Shown one piece after another: positions 40,585 to 51,497 of a stretch of 64,000 nucleotides of DNA. Below the pieces are notes generated by a model, which was not told the DNA's origin, did not search any database, and saw only the letters and a list, made by a program, of their open reading frames with translations. The stretch is from assembly GCF_964355755.1 (NCBI RefSeq), contig NC_092677.1, positions 13,972,101 to 14,036,100 on the forward strand. Reading direction: 5' to 3'. The stretch comes from Antedon mediterranea. Lineage: Eukaryota; Animalia; Echinodermata. The position numbers were made by a program, and so were the translations under genes. Each line of letters starts with the position of its first letter. Position 1 is the stretch's first letter.

Positions 40585-40967
40585 AGGACCGTGAATCTGG
40601 AATGATCTTGATGACAAACTAAAGCATTTTAAATCTCTTTATACTTTTCGTAAAAATTTTTAAAAATATCTTATTTCTTTATACTAATTTTAATATTATT
40701 ATGATTGTAATACACTGAAAGTATCTATTTTTATTTCATCGTTTTTGTTTTTATTTATTATTTTATGTAGTAAATTGTATTAGTTTAAATGTATGTGTAT
40801 TGTTTCTGGGGTCTTTCTCAAGACAAGAAACTTGATTTCTTCTAGAGAAGACCCAAATGATGGCTTATTACTAATGTTTTCATTTATGTACACCATCTAT
40901 ATATTATACTGTATAATGCCATTGTTGAACAAATAAATGTTTTTTGAACATTTGATCATTTGAACAT
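40585..40967 (+). mobile_element. Decayed 3' end of a CR1/L2-group LINE (Crack/Daphne-like)
   Basis: GP*IWNDLDDKLKHFKSLYTFRKNF*KYLISLY*; 3' UTR hairpin GGGTCTT..AAGACCC; AATAAA and (TTTGAACA)n tail. Confidence 0.6.
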
Positions 40968-41688
40968 CTAAGAAGTTTTAATTTACAACATAGTACATAC
41001 AGTAAATGTATTCCATTTATGGGTTGTAGTAACTTTTTTTAATCTCTTGGAAACATAAATGTCATTCACCTACTCAATTTATGGCTTATTCACCTTTTAA
41101 ATCATAACAACATGACGTTACTACTAGTACTACTGTACCGGTAATTTCATAAATAAATGCAGTCTGTCTATGGGAAAAAGGACACAAAATATCTTTAAAA
41201 ATTACGATTAATAAAATATAATAGTAAAGAATGTTTATTACGTAGCAAACATGATAAAGTTTAAAGATGCTTTAATATTTGAAATTAAATTAAGAAATTT
41301 ACATTGTTTCATTATTAATTATTGAAAATATGCTTATAAATATTCAAACAAAAAAATTGTTACTAACATACACATAAAAACATTAAGGAACTTTAATTGT
41401 TATTAATTATTATTAGTATGGATGTACAGTAATATAGTATAATGGGAAGAAGACACACCCCTACTACCAGACAATGGTTAGATAAATACCACAGGAAAGT
41501 GCGAAGACTCTTAGAATTCAAAACAAAGACAAACCATGAAAAAATGAAAAAAACAGTTCAAACTTCCTGCCGCTCCTAGACCAGAATAAACATTGTTATG
41601 ATTAGATTGTTAAATCTTTATTTTGTAAGAGTTTGTATCTACTGTAGTATTAATGGTTTTTTAATATAAAACCCCCAAAAACAAAAAT

Positions 41689-41931
41689 GGCTGTTTCTGC
41701 AGGGCGCAATAACAACATTTTTTCAATCCATCCAATCTTTATACTTTTTTAATAAAACTAGTTCAAAATGCAATATAATGATTATTTTGATTGACCTTAT
41801 ACTTTAGCCAGCATCTTGTCCATTGAACATTTTTTGTCAACGACTACTCACAACGCATTTTTTTTATCAGCGCAAATTGCGGTTGATAAAAAAACGGATG
41901 TTCGGCAGTTCCCAGCAGCAGAAACCAGCCC
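41689..41931. mobile_element. Degenerate MITE with TIR core related to the 24395 element
   Basis: GGCTGTTTCTGC ... GCAGCAGAAACCAGCC termini. Confidence 0.5.
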
Positions 41932-41985
41932 CAAGACTAAGACTAAGAGATGTAGTTTGTAAAGTGTATTAGAAATTCATCAAAG

Positions 41986-42340
41986 ATTATTTATTTATTC
42001 GACTTCTCACTAACTCAGTTAGTGAAGGATCTGGACCAACAGGTGGTAAACACCTCTAAAACGGTCCAGTCCCAATTTGCACAGTGGCTGTGTGTGACAG
42101 TGGCTGTGTTTGTGTGGACTAGTACACCGGGGTAACCCCCTACTCGTCTCGAAAGATGTACTAGGTGCTTTAAAGTGCGCATGAGCTATGTGTACACTGG
42201 ACCTACGGTTTATAGTCCTTATCCGAGAAGACTCGTTCTATCACCAGAACCATGGAGCAAGTGAGCCTCGAACCCTTGCCGATGTTATGGCTACGTAATT
42301 ACGGTTCCACTGTCTTAACCGCTCGGCCACTCACTCGCCG
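41986..42340 (-). mobile_element. tRNA-derived SINE with Deu/Nin-type central domain
   Basis: Minus strand: A box TGGCCGAGCGG, B box GGTTCGAGGC. Body GTCTTCTCGGATAAGGACTATAAACCGTAGGTCC..TTAAAGCACC..TTTCGAGACGAGTAGGGGGTTACCCCGGTGTACTAG resembles the AmnSINE1/SINE3-1 Deu domain as recalled. (AATA)n tail. Confidence 0.85.
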
Positions 42341-43979
42341 AGTACTCTATCCAAGTACATAGAGCTATCATACGTTGGTAGAATTTAGGAATTGTTCTCA
42401 TTCCAGCATGTCTCTTTGGTGGGCTATAAGTATTTAGGGATTTATGTTTACAGTATTTCTAAAACAGTATAAACAAAAACTGTTAACAATTATATAGACT
42501 TATTGTCATATTATTTATTATCTTTATAAATTGTAATGCCATAATTCATTTTGAAACCCTTTATAGGGGACAGCATATTACTGTATACTTATAGTTGTCA
42601 AATTATGACATGATAAAGGTACATGGTTAAAAGGGTGTTAATATATTATAGATCTTTGTAAAAATAATAATTAAAGGATACTGTACATACCAATTACTTA
42701 CTAGAAATCTTAGCCGATTTTTTTCTGTAATCTCATGGGTCAGATTTTAATTAAAATAATATGTTGAACAATTAACCTAATTAATAACTAATACATTTAA
42801 ACCTATTCTAAATCGTACAGATAAAACTATTTTATTACAGTGACCATCTGCATTGACAGGAATTAAACTTTGTTTTCTTACCAACAGTATTGTAACTCTC
42901 GTAAAATTACTGGGGAAAAAGGCAATGCAATGGGTAACAAAAAAATAACAAATATCAAATCCTAGTATTAGAAACGTTTTAAATTTGTGTTACTGCATGA
43001 CACAGTACATACAGTACATGCATTCAAAAATAGCCTATTTTTGTGGTTTGAAATTTGGTGATGATTTAGCAATGTGATTATACTGTAGTGGAAGTATTGG
43101 TTTCAATGTGGTTTATATACATTAATTTAGGATATTGATAGGCCTTTATAGGTACTAATAGGTTATAGGTACCGGAAGTGAGATTAGTGGTACCTGTAGT
43201 ATGGTAGAATACGTGATTCGTTTTCTTTTATTATCAAACCTTGAAAACTGATTTAGCAACTAATTATTGGTAAAAGAAAGAGTTTACTTTTCCTTGTCGT
43301 TTGCCGCAACAGCAAATTATAAATTTATTATTGATATCTTAGCAATTCAGCTACCTCTTTTGCTCATGATGAGTTATTGTAGGAAGGGCTGGCGATACCT
43401 TTTTTGAGCACAGAAATTGTAAATGTAAATAGAGCTGCCTAAACCCATGCATCTTGTGTACAGTAATTGAATTCAAATTTGATGGTTGAACTTTATGGAC
43501 TGTATTTTGAATGAATGTATTAATTAATTAACATTACATACACAATACTTACACTACTGTACCCCCTCCCTACAACTGAATCCCCCTTGTATTAAATTAA
43601 TTTAGTTTTGGGGATGTGGGGCTGGGGACACTGGATATGAAATTTGGAAAAATTAGGATATTATTTATATTATTAATTTATACTTTACTCTCTGTAGTGT
43701 ATGGTATATTTAAACATCAGTATCACCAGTTATAACTTATGAAACATTATTGCTATATTATGATTTAATGGTGGAGCCTGTGGAACTGACATGCCACAGG
43801 ATACATGATTATAGCCTATGATTTATAAATAGTCACAAAGTTACATTAGGCCCCATCGGGGCAGAAAAGCGTGTGGATTCTAGTGTGAGGAACTACCATG
43901 GGGTATGGTGTTCCTCAACCTTAGATAATTAACAGGAAATGATTCAGTTAATATACAATAGAATAATTGAAGTGGTGTC

Positions 43980-44240
43980 ATTAAAGGGCATGTGAGTGTA
44001 CTATTATTTATTAAACTAAAGGGACAGAGTTACTTTATGATGTGTGTGATTGTACTATTAAAGGGACAGAGTTACTTTATGATGTGTGTGACTGTGAGTG
44101 AATTATTAAAGGGACACAGAGATCCTTTTTTTAAATGTGATAACATTTTCGTGTGCAAGTGTATCGTTTACTGTACTTTGTGATTTGATTATATTGTCAT
44201 GTGTGAGTTTAACAAAGGGACAGAGTTACTGTACCTTTTT
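43980..44240. repeat. Degenerate ~41-bp tandem repeat
   Basis: AAAGGGACAGAGTTACT(TTATGATGTGTGTGA) recurs about 4-5 times. Confidence 0.75.
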
Positions 44241-44872
44241 GATGCTTTAATGAGTGTATGCTTTTTTTTTGTGATGACATACTCACACAGAAATGAATAG
44301 ATTAATGTGGAAAAAATTTGATGGAAATAATTATAAAATTTAAAATTATTAAATTAAATTATTTTAAAGAATGCTACTATAAATAAATGTTTATGTACAG
44401 TATAACTAATGTGGTCTTGAACTTTCTTGTTTGGAAATCATTGATTTCCTACTATTGTTCACTGTATGTGCCACCAACCTTGAATAAGTTTTGTACACTC
44501 ATTACAACAGAAACTACCATAGAATTTCAATAGCTTCTGTTTGTTGTTATTTACTTTGAATTTTACCTGTTTTTTTTTATTGTTCATAGTATAAAGAATG
44601 TATAAAGTACAAAAGTACAGTTAGAAAAAAAACAAAAACATGTAAAATTATAAGAAAGCCCAATGATAACATGTTTGGTATTTCTAGGCATATAATTATT
44701 TAAACTTATTTTATAATGATTATTCTTTTTATATATATTTTTTGGTATACTCTATTACTATTTATTTATTAGGTGGACTTTTATTTATGTAGATTGTGGA
44801 AATATAACATTTTATGTTCCTTTTTCTTTATTAATTTATTAACTTGTACTTTGTTTCTTATTTGTCTTGTAG

Positions 44873-46867
44873 GTTGTTACACCAAATTACACAAAACCAT
44901 CAGCTCATGTACAATCTGATTACGATGTGCCACCAAATCCCAGACCTGCTGGTCACTCATCACCACCATCATTGGTATCTGCGTATGACACGCTACCAAC
45001 AGGAAACCGACAAAAACTTGAAATTGCTAATCCAGATTATGATGTTCCTCCACCTGCTAAGAAATGTCTGACTCCTACTACTGAAAACAGTGGATTTGAA
45101 GAGTATGATGTACCAAGACCTCAGGCTGCTCATAACGACGAGCTCTACGATGTGCCGAAAAGTTTTGCAAAAAAGGGGAATCCTATGACTGTGAATGCTC
45201 CCAATTTGATTGAAATGACTTATGATTTTCCTGTGCCTCATAGAAATGCTATGGTTCTAAACAGCTATAAGAATACATCTAACGATATTTGCGATGGTTT
45301 GGCAAAGCAGACAAAGGTGACTGTGTACAAGGCACCACAAGGAAATGAGCCAGACGACACATATGATACACCACCCTCTCATGGTCTTACATTACACAAC
45401 ATCAATAATACATCAATATCATCTAATGGAGGTCCAAGCGAGATATATGACACGCCACCATCACGGATTATGCCAGAGCAGGAAAATTCTGATTTGTATG
45501 ATACTCCTCCTAGTCATTACCCAGAGAGTTTGTATGACACACCTCCACCAAGTCGAGTTATTCAGGACAATTACGACACACCAGTCGTTGACAAGTTTCG
45601 AATGATGAAACTAAACGGTCATCAAGATTCCGTTTATGACGTACCCCCTCAAGTAACCAAGGACAAACCCGGTAGTCTTACTCACCCAAGTCAAAGACAC
45701 TCTGTTAACGAATTAGATTCCCATGTACCATTGAACAACATATCAACACGATTATCAAAATCCGTAAACGACCTTGACGACGTAAATCACGGTCATTTGA
45801 ACTTGGATCGTGATGCTGCTATGGACTTGTTTATACAAAAGCAGCAAACGTTAGAGGGTTGCACTGCAAATTTCTTAAGCTATGTGAGTAGTACTTGGAG
45901 AACTCGCGAAGTACTATCGATACGATTACAGGAAATTCGCAGTGCTTCCGAACAAGTGCGTGTCGCTATGAAAGACATTGTTAACTTTGGTAATGGTGCA
46001 TTGTCAAATGCAGCTTCTCTTCCAGAAATCAAGAAGAAAATTAACTTAGAATTTCAACCATTACTAGACTTACACGCCACATTATATAATCTTGGAATTG
46101 CTCTTGACGAACAAGGATGGGACATTAACAAACTTTTGAAATTACAGGCAATAAATAATGCAGATGAATTAGATAATTTTGTGTTTACATCCAGAAGTAT
46201 TCATGATCAATTAACGAGATTTGCGTCGGTCATTAGCACATACTCTGCACAGATATTCAAAAGGTCAGCGACCTCCGCAGCAAGACCGCTTCCAGAAACA
46301 CCAAGTAACACTAATTGGGTGACGGCAGAAAAGGAATACTCACCCAATAGTAGAGATGTGTCAAAAGTGCGCCCTCTACCAGATATACCACCACCCTTGA
46401 GTCCGAAAACAGCACCTTACAATAAGATGATCATACCTGAGAAACAACCACTCACAGTGTCGCAACACGATTTGGAGATTTTAAGTTACTATCGCAATGA
46501 AGTTGAAGCACATTCGTTAGAACTTAGCAATGCGACCGCGCTGTTTTTCACATGTATTGAAGAACATCTCCCACCAAAGATTTTTGTTGCTCACAGCAAG
46601 CATGTAATTTTAACAGGACATAAAATGGTGTTTATTGGCGACACACTGCATCATAATGTTCAAAGTATTGAACTACGCAATAAAATTATTCACTGCAGCG
46701 ATTTAATGTGCGAATGTTTAAATACAGGAGTGACTGCAACAAAAACCGCTGCATTACAGTTTCCAGCCGTGCAACCTTTACAAGATATGGTAGACAAAAT
46801 GACGGAGATCGAAGCTGCAGCCAACCAATTAAAATCTAGTATTTTATTCTGTTTAAATAATAAATAA
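44873..46867 (+). CDS. BCAR1: Cas-family adaptor, terminal exon: YxxP substrate domain, serine-rich four-helix bundle, Src-binding region, C-terminal FAT-like (CCH) domain
   Basis: Acceptor ttgtcttgtag|, phase 0, begins VVTPNY. Contains 11 YDxP motifs plus YTKP and YKAP, LDRDAAM..FVFTSR helical region, RPLP motifs and PPKIFVAHSKHVILTGHKMVFIGDTL..TKTAALQFP..LQDMVD. Stop TAA at 46865-46867. Confidence 0.97.
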   Translation, partial: VVTPNYTKPSAHVQSDYDVPPNPRPAGHSSPPSLVSAYDTLPTGNRQKLEIANPDYDVPPPAKKCLTPTTENSGFEEYDVPRPQAAHNDELYDVPKSFAKKGNPMTVNAPNLIEMTYDFPVPHRNAMVLNSYKNTSNDICDGLAKQTKVTVYKAPQGNEPDDTYDTPPSHGLTLHNINNTSISSNGGPSEIYDTPPSRIMPEQENSDLYDTPPSHYPESLYDTPPPSRVIQDNYDTPVVDKFRMMKLNGHQDSVYDVPPQVTKDKPGSLTHPSQRHSVNELDSHVPLNNISTRLSKSVNDLDDVNHGHLNLDRDAAMDLFIQKQQTLEGCTANFLSYVSSTWRTREVLSIRLQEIRSASEQVRVAMKDIVNFGNGALSNAASLPEIKKKINLEFQPLLDLHATLYNLGIALDEQGWDINKLLKLQAINNADELDNFVFTSRSIHDQLTRFASVISTYSAQIFKRSATSAARPLPETPSNTNWVTAEKEYSPNSRDVSKVRPLPDIPPPLSPKTAPYNKMIIPEKQPLTVSQHDLEILSYYRNEVEAHSLELSNATALFFTCIEEHLPPKIFVAHSKHVILTGHKMVFIGDTLHHNVQSIELRNKIIHCSDLMCECLNTGVTATKTAALQFPAVQPLQDMVDKMTEIEAAANQLKSSILFCLNNK

Positions 46868-47214
46868 TTAGACACCAAGCAATCTGTACTCCTGTACTGT
46901 ACCGGTATGTAAAATAGATACATAACATTTACCTTGCGAAATTTAGAGTATTGCTAAAAGGGCATACATTTTGATTAATAAATTTTATGTACATTTATAA
47001 ACCTGTTTTCAATCAGAATTTGTACATTTTATTAATTGTTATATTAGAAAAAATAATATAATTTAGCAACAATTGTTAAAAAACATTTTCAGATTTAAAG
47101 CAAAATACTGTGGTACTTGAAACCATTTTGGTACAAATAATATCTAATGTAGTTATGTTATATTCCAATTCAACTGTTAAAACATTCTGAATTTTGTTGT
47201 TTGATGATAATTAT

Positions 47215-47220
47215 AATAAA
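47215..47220 (+). terminator. Candidate polyadenylation signal of the Cas gene
   Basis: AATAAA ~350 nt after the stop with a downstream GT/T-rich tract; alternative at 46977. Confidence 0.35.
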
Positions 47221-47989
47221 GACAAATTTTCTTTAAAATTCAAAGTATGTTTTGTTATGAAAGTTTTAAAAAAACATTTTTCAGATTAAAAATTTAGTTG
47301 GAAACAATAAGTGGGCAAGCAGGAATAGCTTTATAGAAGTTTTTTGAAATAAAAAAATATCTAAACAAGTATTACGCAGAATAATATAGAGGGGGCTATG
47401 ACAATGAGGGTAAAATGAAATGAAAACTAAGCAGGAAATTGGGGATACTCTGTGAAAAATTGTAGATGCTATTTGGGATATAAAGAAGGGTGTTAAACCG
47501 TATGCAAATTAATTGCAGTACTACATTATGTTAACATTAGTTCCACAAAATTAAATCGCTTAAAAATAGAGTTAAATATGTTCTACACAGGTTGCTAGAT
47601 AATAATTAATGTATTCAATAATAGCTAAATATCTACTCATATATTCATGTTAAATCTCATGTTTCTAGCTTTTAAGTTGCTGAATAAACTTTCGATCAAG
47701 TTCACTTTTTGGATGAATGAATTTTGTGTTTGTTTTTTCTTTAATTTAGATTTATTGTCCAAAACTTCAATCAGGCTCTGAATTTGGAAATGACAGTTTT
47801 CTAGTATAGCTGACAAACTTAACAAACTGCAAAAAACTAGTTTGTAAAAGTTTGGTTTGACAAATTAGATTGCTAAAGTTTTGGTGAAAGCAGCAAGTCA
47901 AATATAAATACTTGTAAGTGCTTTACAATCTTCTCAAAACAATGATAAACTCACAGTTTCCAAACAAGATTAGCAATCTAAGCTACCAT

Positions 47990-48612
47990 TAAAAGCCTAG
48001 ACAGTCAGTGTACACCAGTTGACAAACTTTCGGTAAACTAAAGAAACTAGTTTTTAACTGGTAAACTTTAGTTTGCAATCTTAAGCAAACTTTGGAGTTC
48101 AGCAACAAAAATGTTTAAGTTTGCCAGTGTCAACCAGTTGTAAACTGTTTTTTTCCAGTTTACCATGTTGTCAACTGGTCTACACTGCCAAAACTTTCTT
48201 GGGCAAAATTTTCTCAGTTTGCAAACCAATGTTTTTTTTAGTGTAGATCATTTTTAAACTTGAATACCAAAGTTTGTCAACTGACCTACACTGGCAAACT
48301 TTTCTAGTTATACCAGTTTAAACTAGTTTTCTTCAATTAACCAAAGTTTGTCAACTGATCTACACTGGCAAACTTTTCTAGTTAGACCAGTTTTAAACTA
48401 GTTTTCTCTAATTATATCAAAGTTTGTCAACTGACCTACACTGGCAAACTTTTCTAGTTAGACCAATTTTAAACTAGTTTTCTCTAATTATACCAAAGTT
48501 TGTCAACTGACCTACACTGGCAAACTTTTCTAGTGTAGGCCAGTTTTAAACTAGTTTTCTTCAATTTACCAAAGTTTGTCAACTTCATTGTTTGCTAGAG
48601 TAGACTAGGTTT
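47990..48612. repeat. MITE/foldback-like element with internal ~75-bp minisatellite
   Basis: Units CCAAAGTTTGTCAACTGACCTACACTGGCAAACTTTTCTAG.. start at 48267, 48341, 48417, 48493 and 48569 (partial). Inverted degenerate copy at ~48006-48066; ends AAGCCTAG / CTAGGTTT. Confidence 0.8.
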
Positions 48613-49675
48613 AACATTATATTTCTTAATTTCCAGTTTAGAAGAATGAGATCAGAGTCATCATTACAGTTTTTATGTATTCTAAAATGTATTTGAATTG
48701 AACAATGAACATAATAATAAATACAGTGGTAGGAAATCCTAATATAGTATACAGCAGTTCGGTCAACTGGCAGGTGGGCTAGTAGCCATCAAGTCAAATC
48801 ATGTTTTTTTATACTATAGTTCTTCACATTTTTGCGATAACAGCTTGGCGTGAGAAGGATTTACAAACTTAGATATGATCAGTTCACCCGAACCTACATT
48901 TTATTAATGGACCCATTGGCGGTATTAACTTTCAAGAATTAATTTTTGAATATGTAAACAAACAGCATCGCTCTTTTATTTATAGTCTTCAACATCCAGA
49001 CCTATATAGACAAAAGCTGTCACAATTTGCTAGAGGCTATTTTTATGAGCATGTTACTGGTGAAAAGGTTATCTTATGCTATCATTGGTTTACTTTCAAC
49101 ATCAAAACATAAAAAATGAAGATTAATAAAATCACATTTTGAAAAGGCCTTTTCTAGTTTAATGAAAGTTAAAAAAAGAATGTTTTCACTTTATAAATGA
49201 AAAAATTGAACTAAAAACCAATTTGACTAATTCTGTTCTATTTATTATTTTCTGCCACATGCATATACACAATATTGTATTACAACACATTTCTATTTAT
49301 ATAGAAAAATTCATTGATTGACATGGTTACAATTTACCAAGCATTTTGATAACATTTTTACTATTTTATCACTTTCTGATATTAATTTTGTTTCATTTTT
49401 TTTTTAGAGATTATTTATTTGATTACGTTTATTCGCCTCCCCTGAATAAACGCCTCCCTTGAATGATGAATCAATATAAACTATGTATGTGATTAAAATG
49501 GAATATTCAACAACAAAATGTATTAAAAGAAGTTTTTTGTCAGGATAACAATATATTATTATTAAGTACACTTTCATACGAGAATTTCTAAAGTACTGGG
49601 ATACTGTATATAGTTCTATTCTAAAGTAATATCAAATCTGAAAACAAAAAAAGCCCCAAAAACTTTTTTTACATC

Positions 49676-49876
49676 TTGGTGGCGTCTTTCCAGAAGAACC
49701 TATCTAGCGCCATCTATATTTCAATTCTACTCCTCGACATGACTTTCGGACATGTGGGTTAAATTTGACCCGGACGTGCCGGCCGGCAAAAAACCTCCAA
49801 GTATGCGGAAATAGTAAATGCAGATTTCCCATCACACACAGAAATTAGCTAAAAAACATCGGCTTTTAAACAAAAT
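49676..49876 (+). promoter_or_regulatory. TMEM143 promoter / 5' UTR region
   Basis: Local CpG enrichment directly upstream of the ATG; CGGAAA ETS-like motif; CTCF-like TAGATGGCGCTA on - at ~49705-49716. Confidence 0.55.
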
Positions 49877-49954
49877 ATGGCTGCTAAATTATTGTTAACA
49901 GAATCTATTAACTTCCTGCAAGTTTCCAGATTTTCATTTTTTAACTTTAAACAG
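49877..49954 (+). CDS. TMEM143: TMEM143 exon 1 (N-terminal, possibly targeting peptide)
   Basis: aatATGGCT..AAACAG|gtaaga; 26 codons MAAKLLLTESINFLQVSRFSFFNFKQ, phase 0, in frame with exon 2. Confidence 0.75.
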
Positions 49955-49962
49955 GTAAGATT

Positions 49963-50190
49963 GCCTAGGCCCTAGCTAGCTAGGCCTAGGCCTAGGCTAG
50001 GCTATATATAGTATAGAGGCCGGCTGCTGCAAGCTAGCCTACTAATTAGTCTAGCCTACTAGCCTAGCCTAGGCCCTAGGCTTCTAGTAGAGAGGAGGCA
50101 GAACTACTGTAACTGCCACCTTACCTAGTTAGACTCTACAGCTAGGCCAGGAGGTTAATTGAGTTTATTAGCTAGGCTAGGCCTAGTAGT
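49963..50190. repeat. CTAG/TAGGCCTA-rich low-complexity tract at the start of TMEM143 intron 1
   Basis: Mixed TAGC, TAGGC, TAGCC and TAGGCC words, e.g. CCTAGGCCCTAGCTAGCTAGGCCTAGGCCTAGGCTAGGCTA. Confidence 0.9.
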
Positions 50191-50381
50191 AGCAGGTTGG
50201 TTATTTAGAAATAAATTTAAAACTAAAACTAAAAGTAATTTGTCCAACAAGAACTATGGATTTTAAAGTAACTTAACCTCATGTTCACTGTGTTTACTCT
50301 GTTGGGTTACAGCTGTATTTCTGTTCATGCTTTGCTGCACTGCACTCTTTGCAATAGATCAAAAAAAGGTTTCTATTTCAG

Positions 50382-50711
50382 AATCAGATTTGTCAAAATG
50401 CAGTAACATCTTATAAAAAGGGACATCACATTGTTCGGCTATGCTCCACAACATCAGCACCATCCACCACCAGTGTTGACAGTGATGCCAAGCCAGTGTC
50501 TACTACAGAACAAGAAGCAGCATCTAGGCTACCACCAGTGCAGGATTTTCGTGAGAAGTTCATACCAATGTCAAGAAGGAGCCTAGTACGACAACTTATT
50601 CAAGAGGATAATTTTTTGGATGATGATGAGAGGAAAAGGTTTGAAGAATTTGCAGTGTCTCTTGACAATGCAATTGTCAACCAATACCATAGCACACTAT
50701 CAGAGTTAAAG
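50382..50711 (+). CDS. TMEM143: TMEM143 exon 2
   Basis: ttctatttcag| ... AAG|gtttga; 330 nt, phase 0/0; DFREKFIPMSRRSLVRQL..FEEFAVSLDNAIVNQYHSTLSELK. Confidence 0.88.
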
Positions 50712-51089
50712 GTTTGAAACTTATCCTTTTGGCAGAATAATCTGTGTTTGTATTTCTGTTTACAATTAACAATGCAAATATAAAGAAGTACTCATCTTCA
50801 CTTACCAATCTCCAGAAGACGGTTCTAGCTTATCAGCCGAAATGTTGAGACAGTCTCCACCATACTTTACTTCCTTATGGAAACACCTGGTGATAACGCG
50901 AACCTAGCGTTACTAGTGTTTTATTTGCCATGCAAACCTATAAACAATATTATATGTATACAGGAAAATTAATCGTGTATTTGCATAGTTTGTTTTTTGA
51001 AAAGCTTAAATTTTGTAGCATTGTTTAATAGTTTTATGTCATTGAAATATTTGCACTAAAATTCTACTACTTTTTTATTTTTTTTTCAG

Positions 51090-51284
51090 TCATTATTTGA
51101 TCCTCTAAACCCAGATAAAGATACCATCTCAAGTCGACCAGTCACTAGGCAGGAGAGAATGGACAGCGAGTTTTGGCTCCTTCAAAAACTTTCTTTAGTG
51201 ATGGAAAAGGCAAACTTCCATGAGCTTCCAAAACATCAGGTTGATGAGGCTCTTGCAATTCACGCTGCTGGTGAAGGCGTCATG
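51090..51284 (+). CDS. TMEM143: TMEM143 exon 3
   Basis: ttttttcag| ... ATG|gtgagt; 195 nt; SLFDPLNPDKDT..MEKANFHELP (cf. human LYDPINPDRET..AQANFSPL). Missed by the ORF track. Confidence 0.92.
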
Positions 51285-51497
51285 GTGAGTATAACTGGTT
51301 TATGATAATATCAATAGTTTTTTATTTGTTGCCTTCAAGTTGAGCTGCCCAACCAATAAACATACTTTCCCCACCAATAAACATACTTTCCCCCAAACAA
51401 CATCCAAGATGAGTGAGTAAGTTGAGCCTAACCCTTGTATTCAATAAACTTCTTTTTTTCTTTATTACTAAATTTCATAATGAATTTTCATAACATA

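Noticed and set aside
50313-50381. Upstream acceptor for TMEM143 exon 2
   Set aside because: Gives an in-frame TAG; the acceptor at 50381 keeps the frame open.
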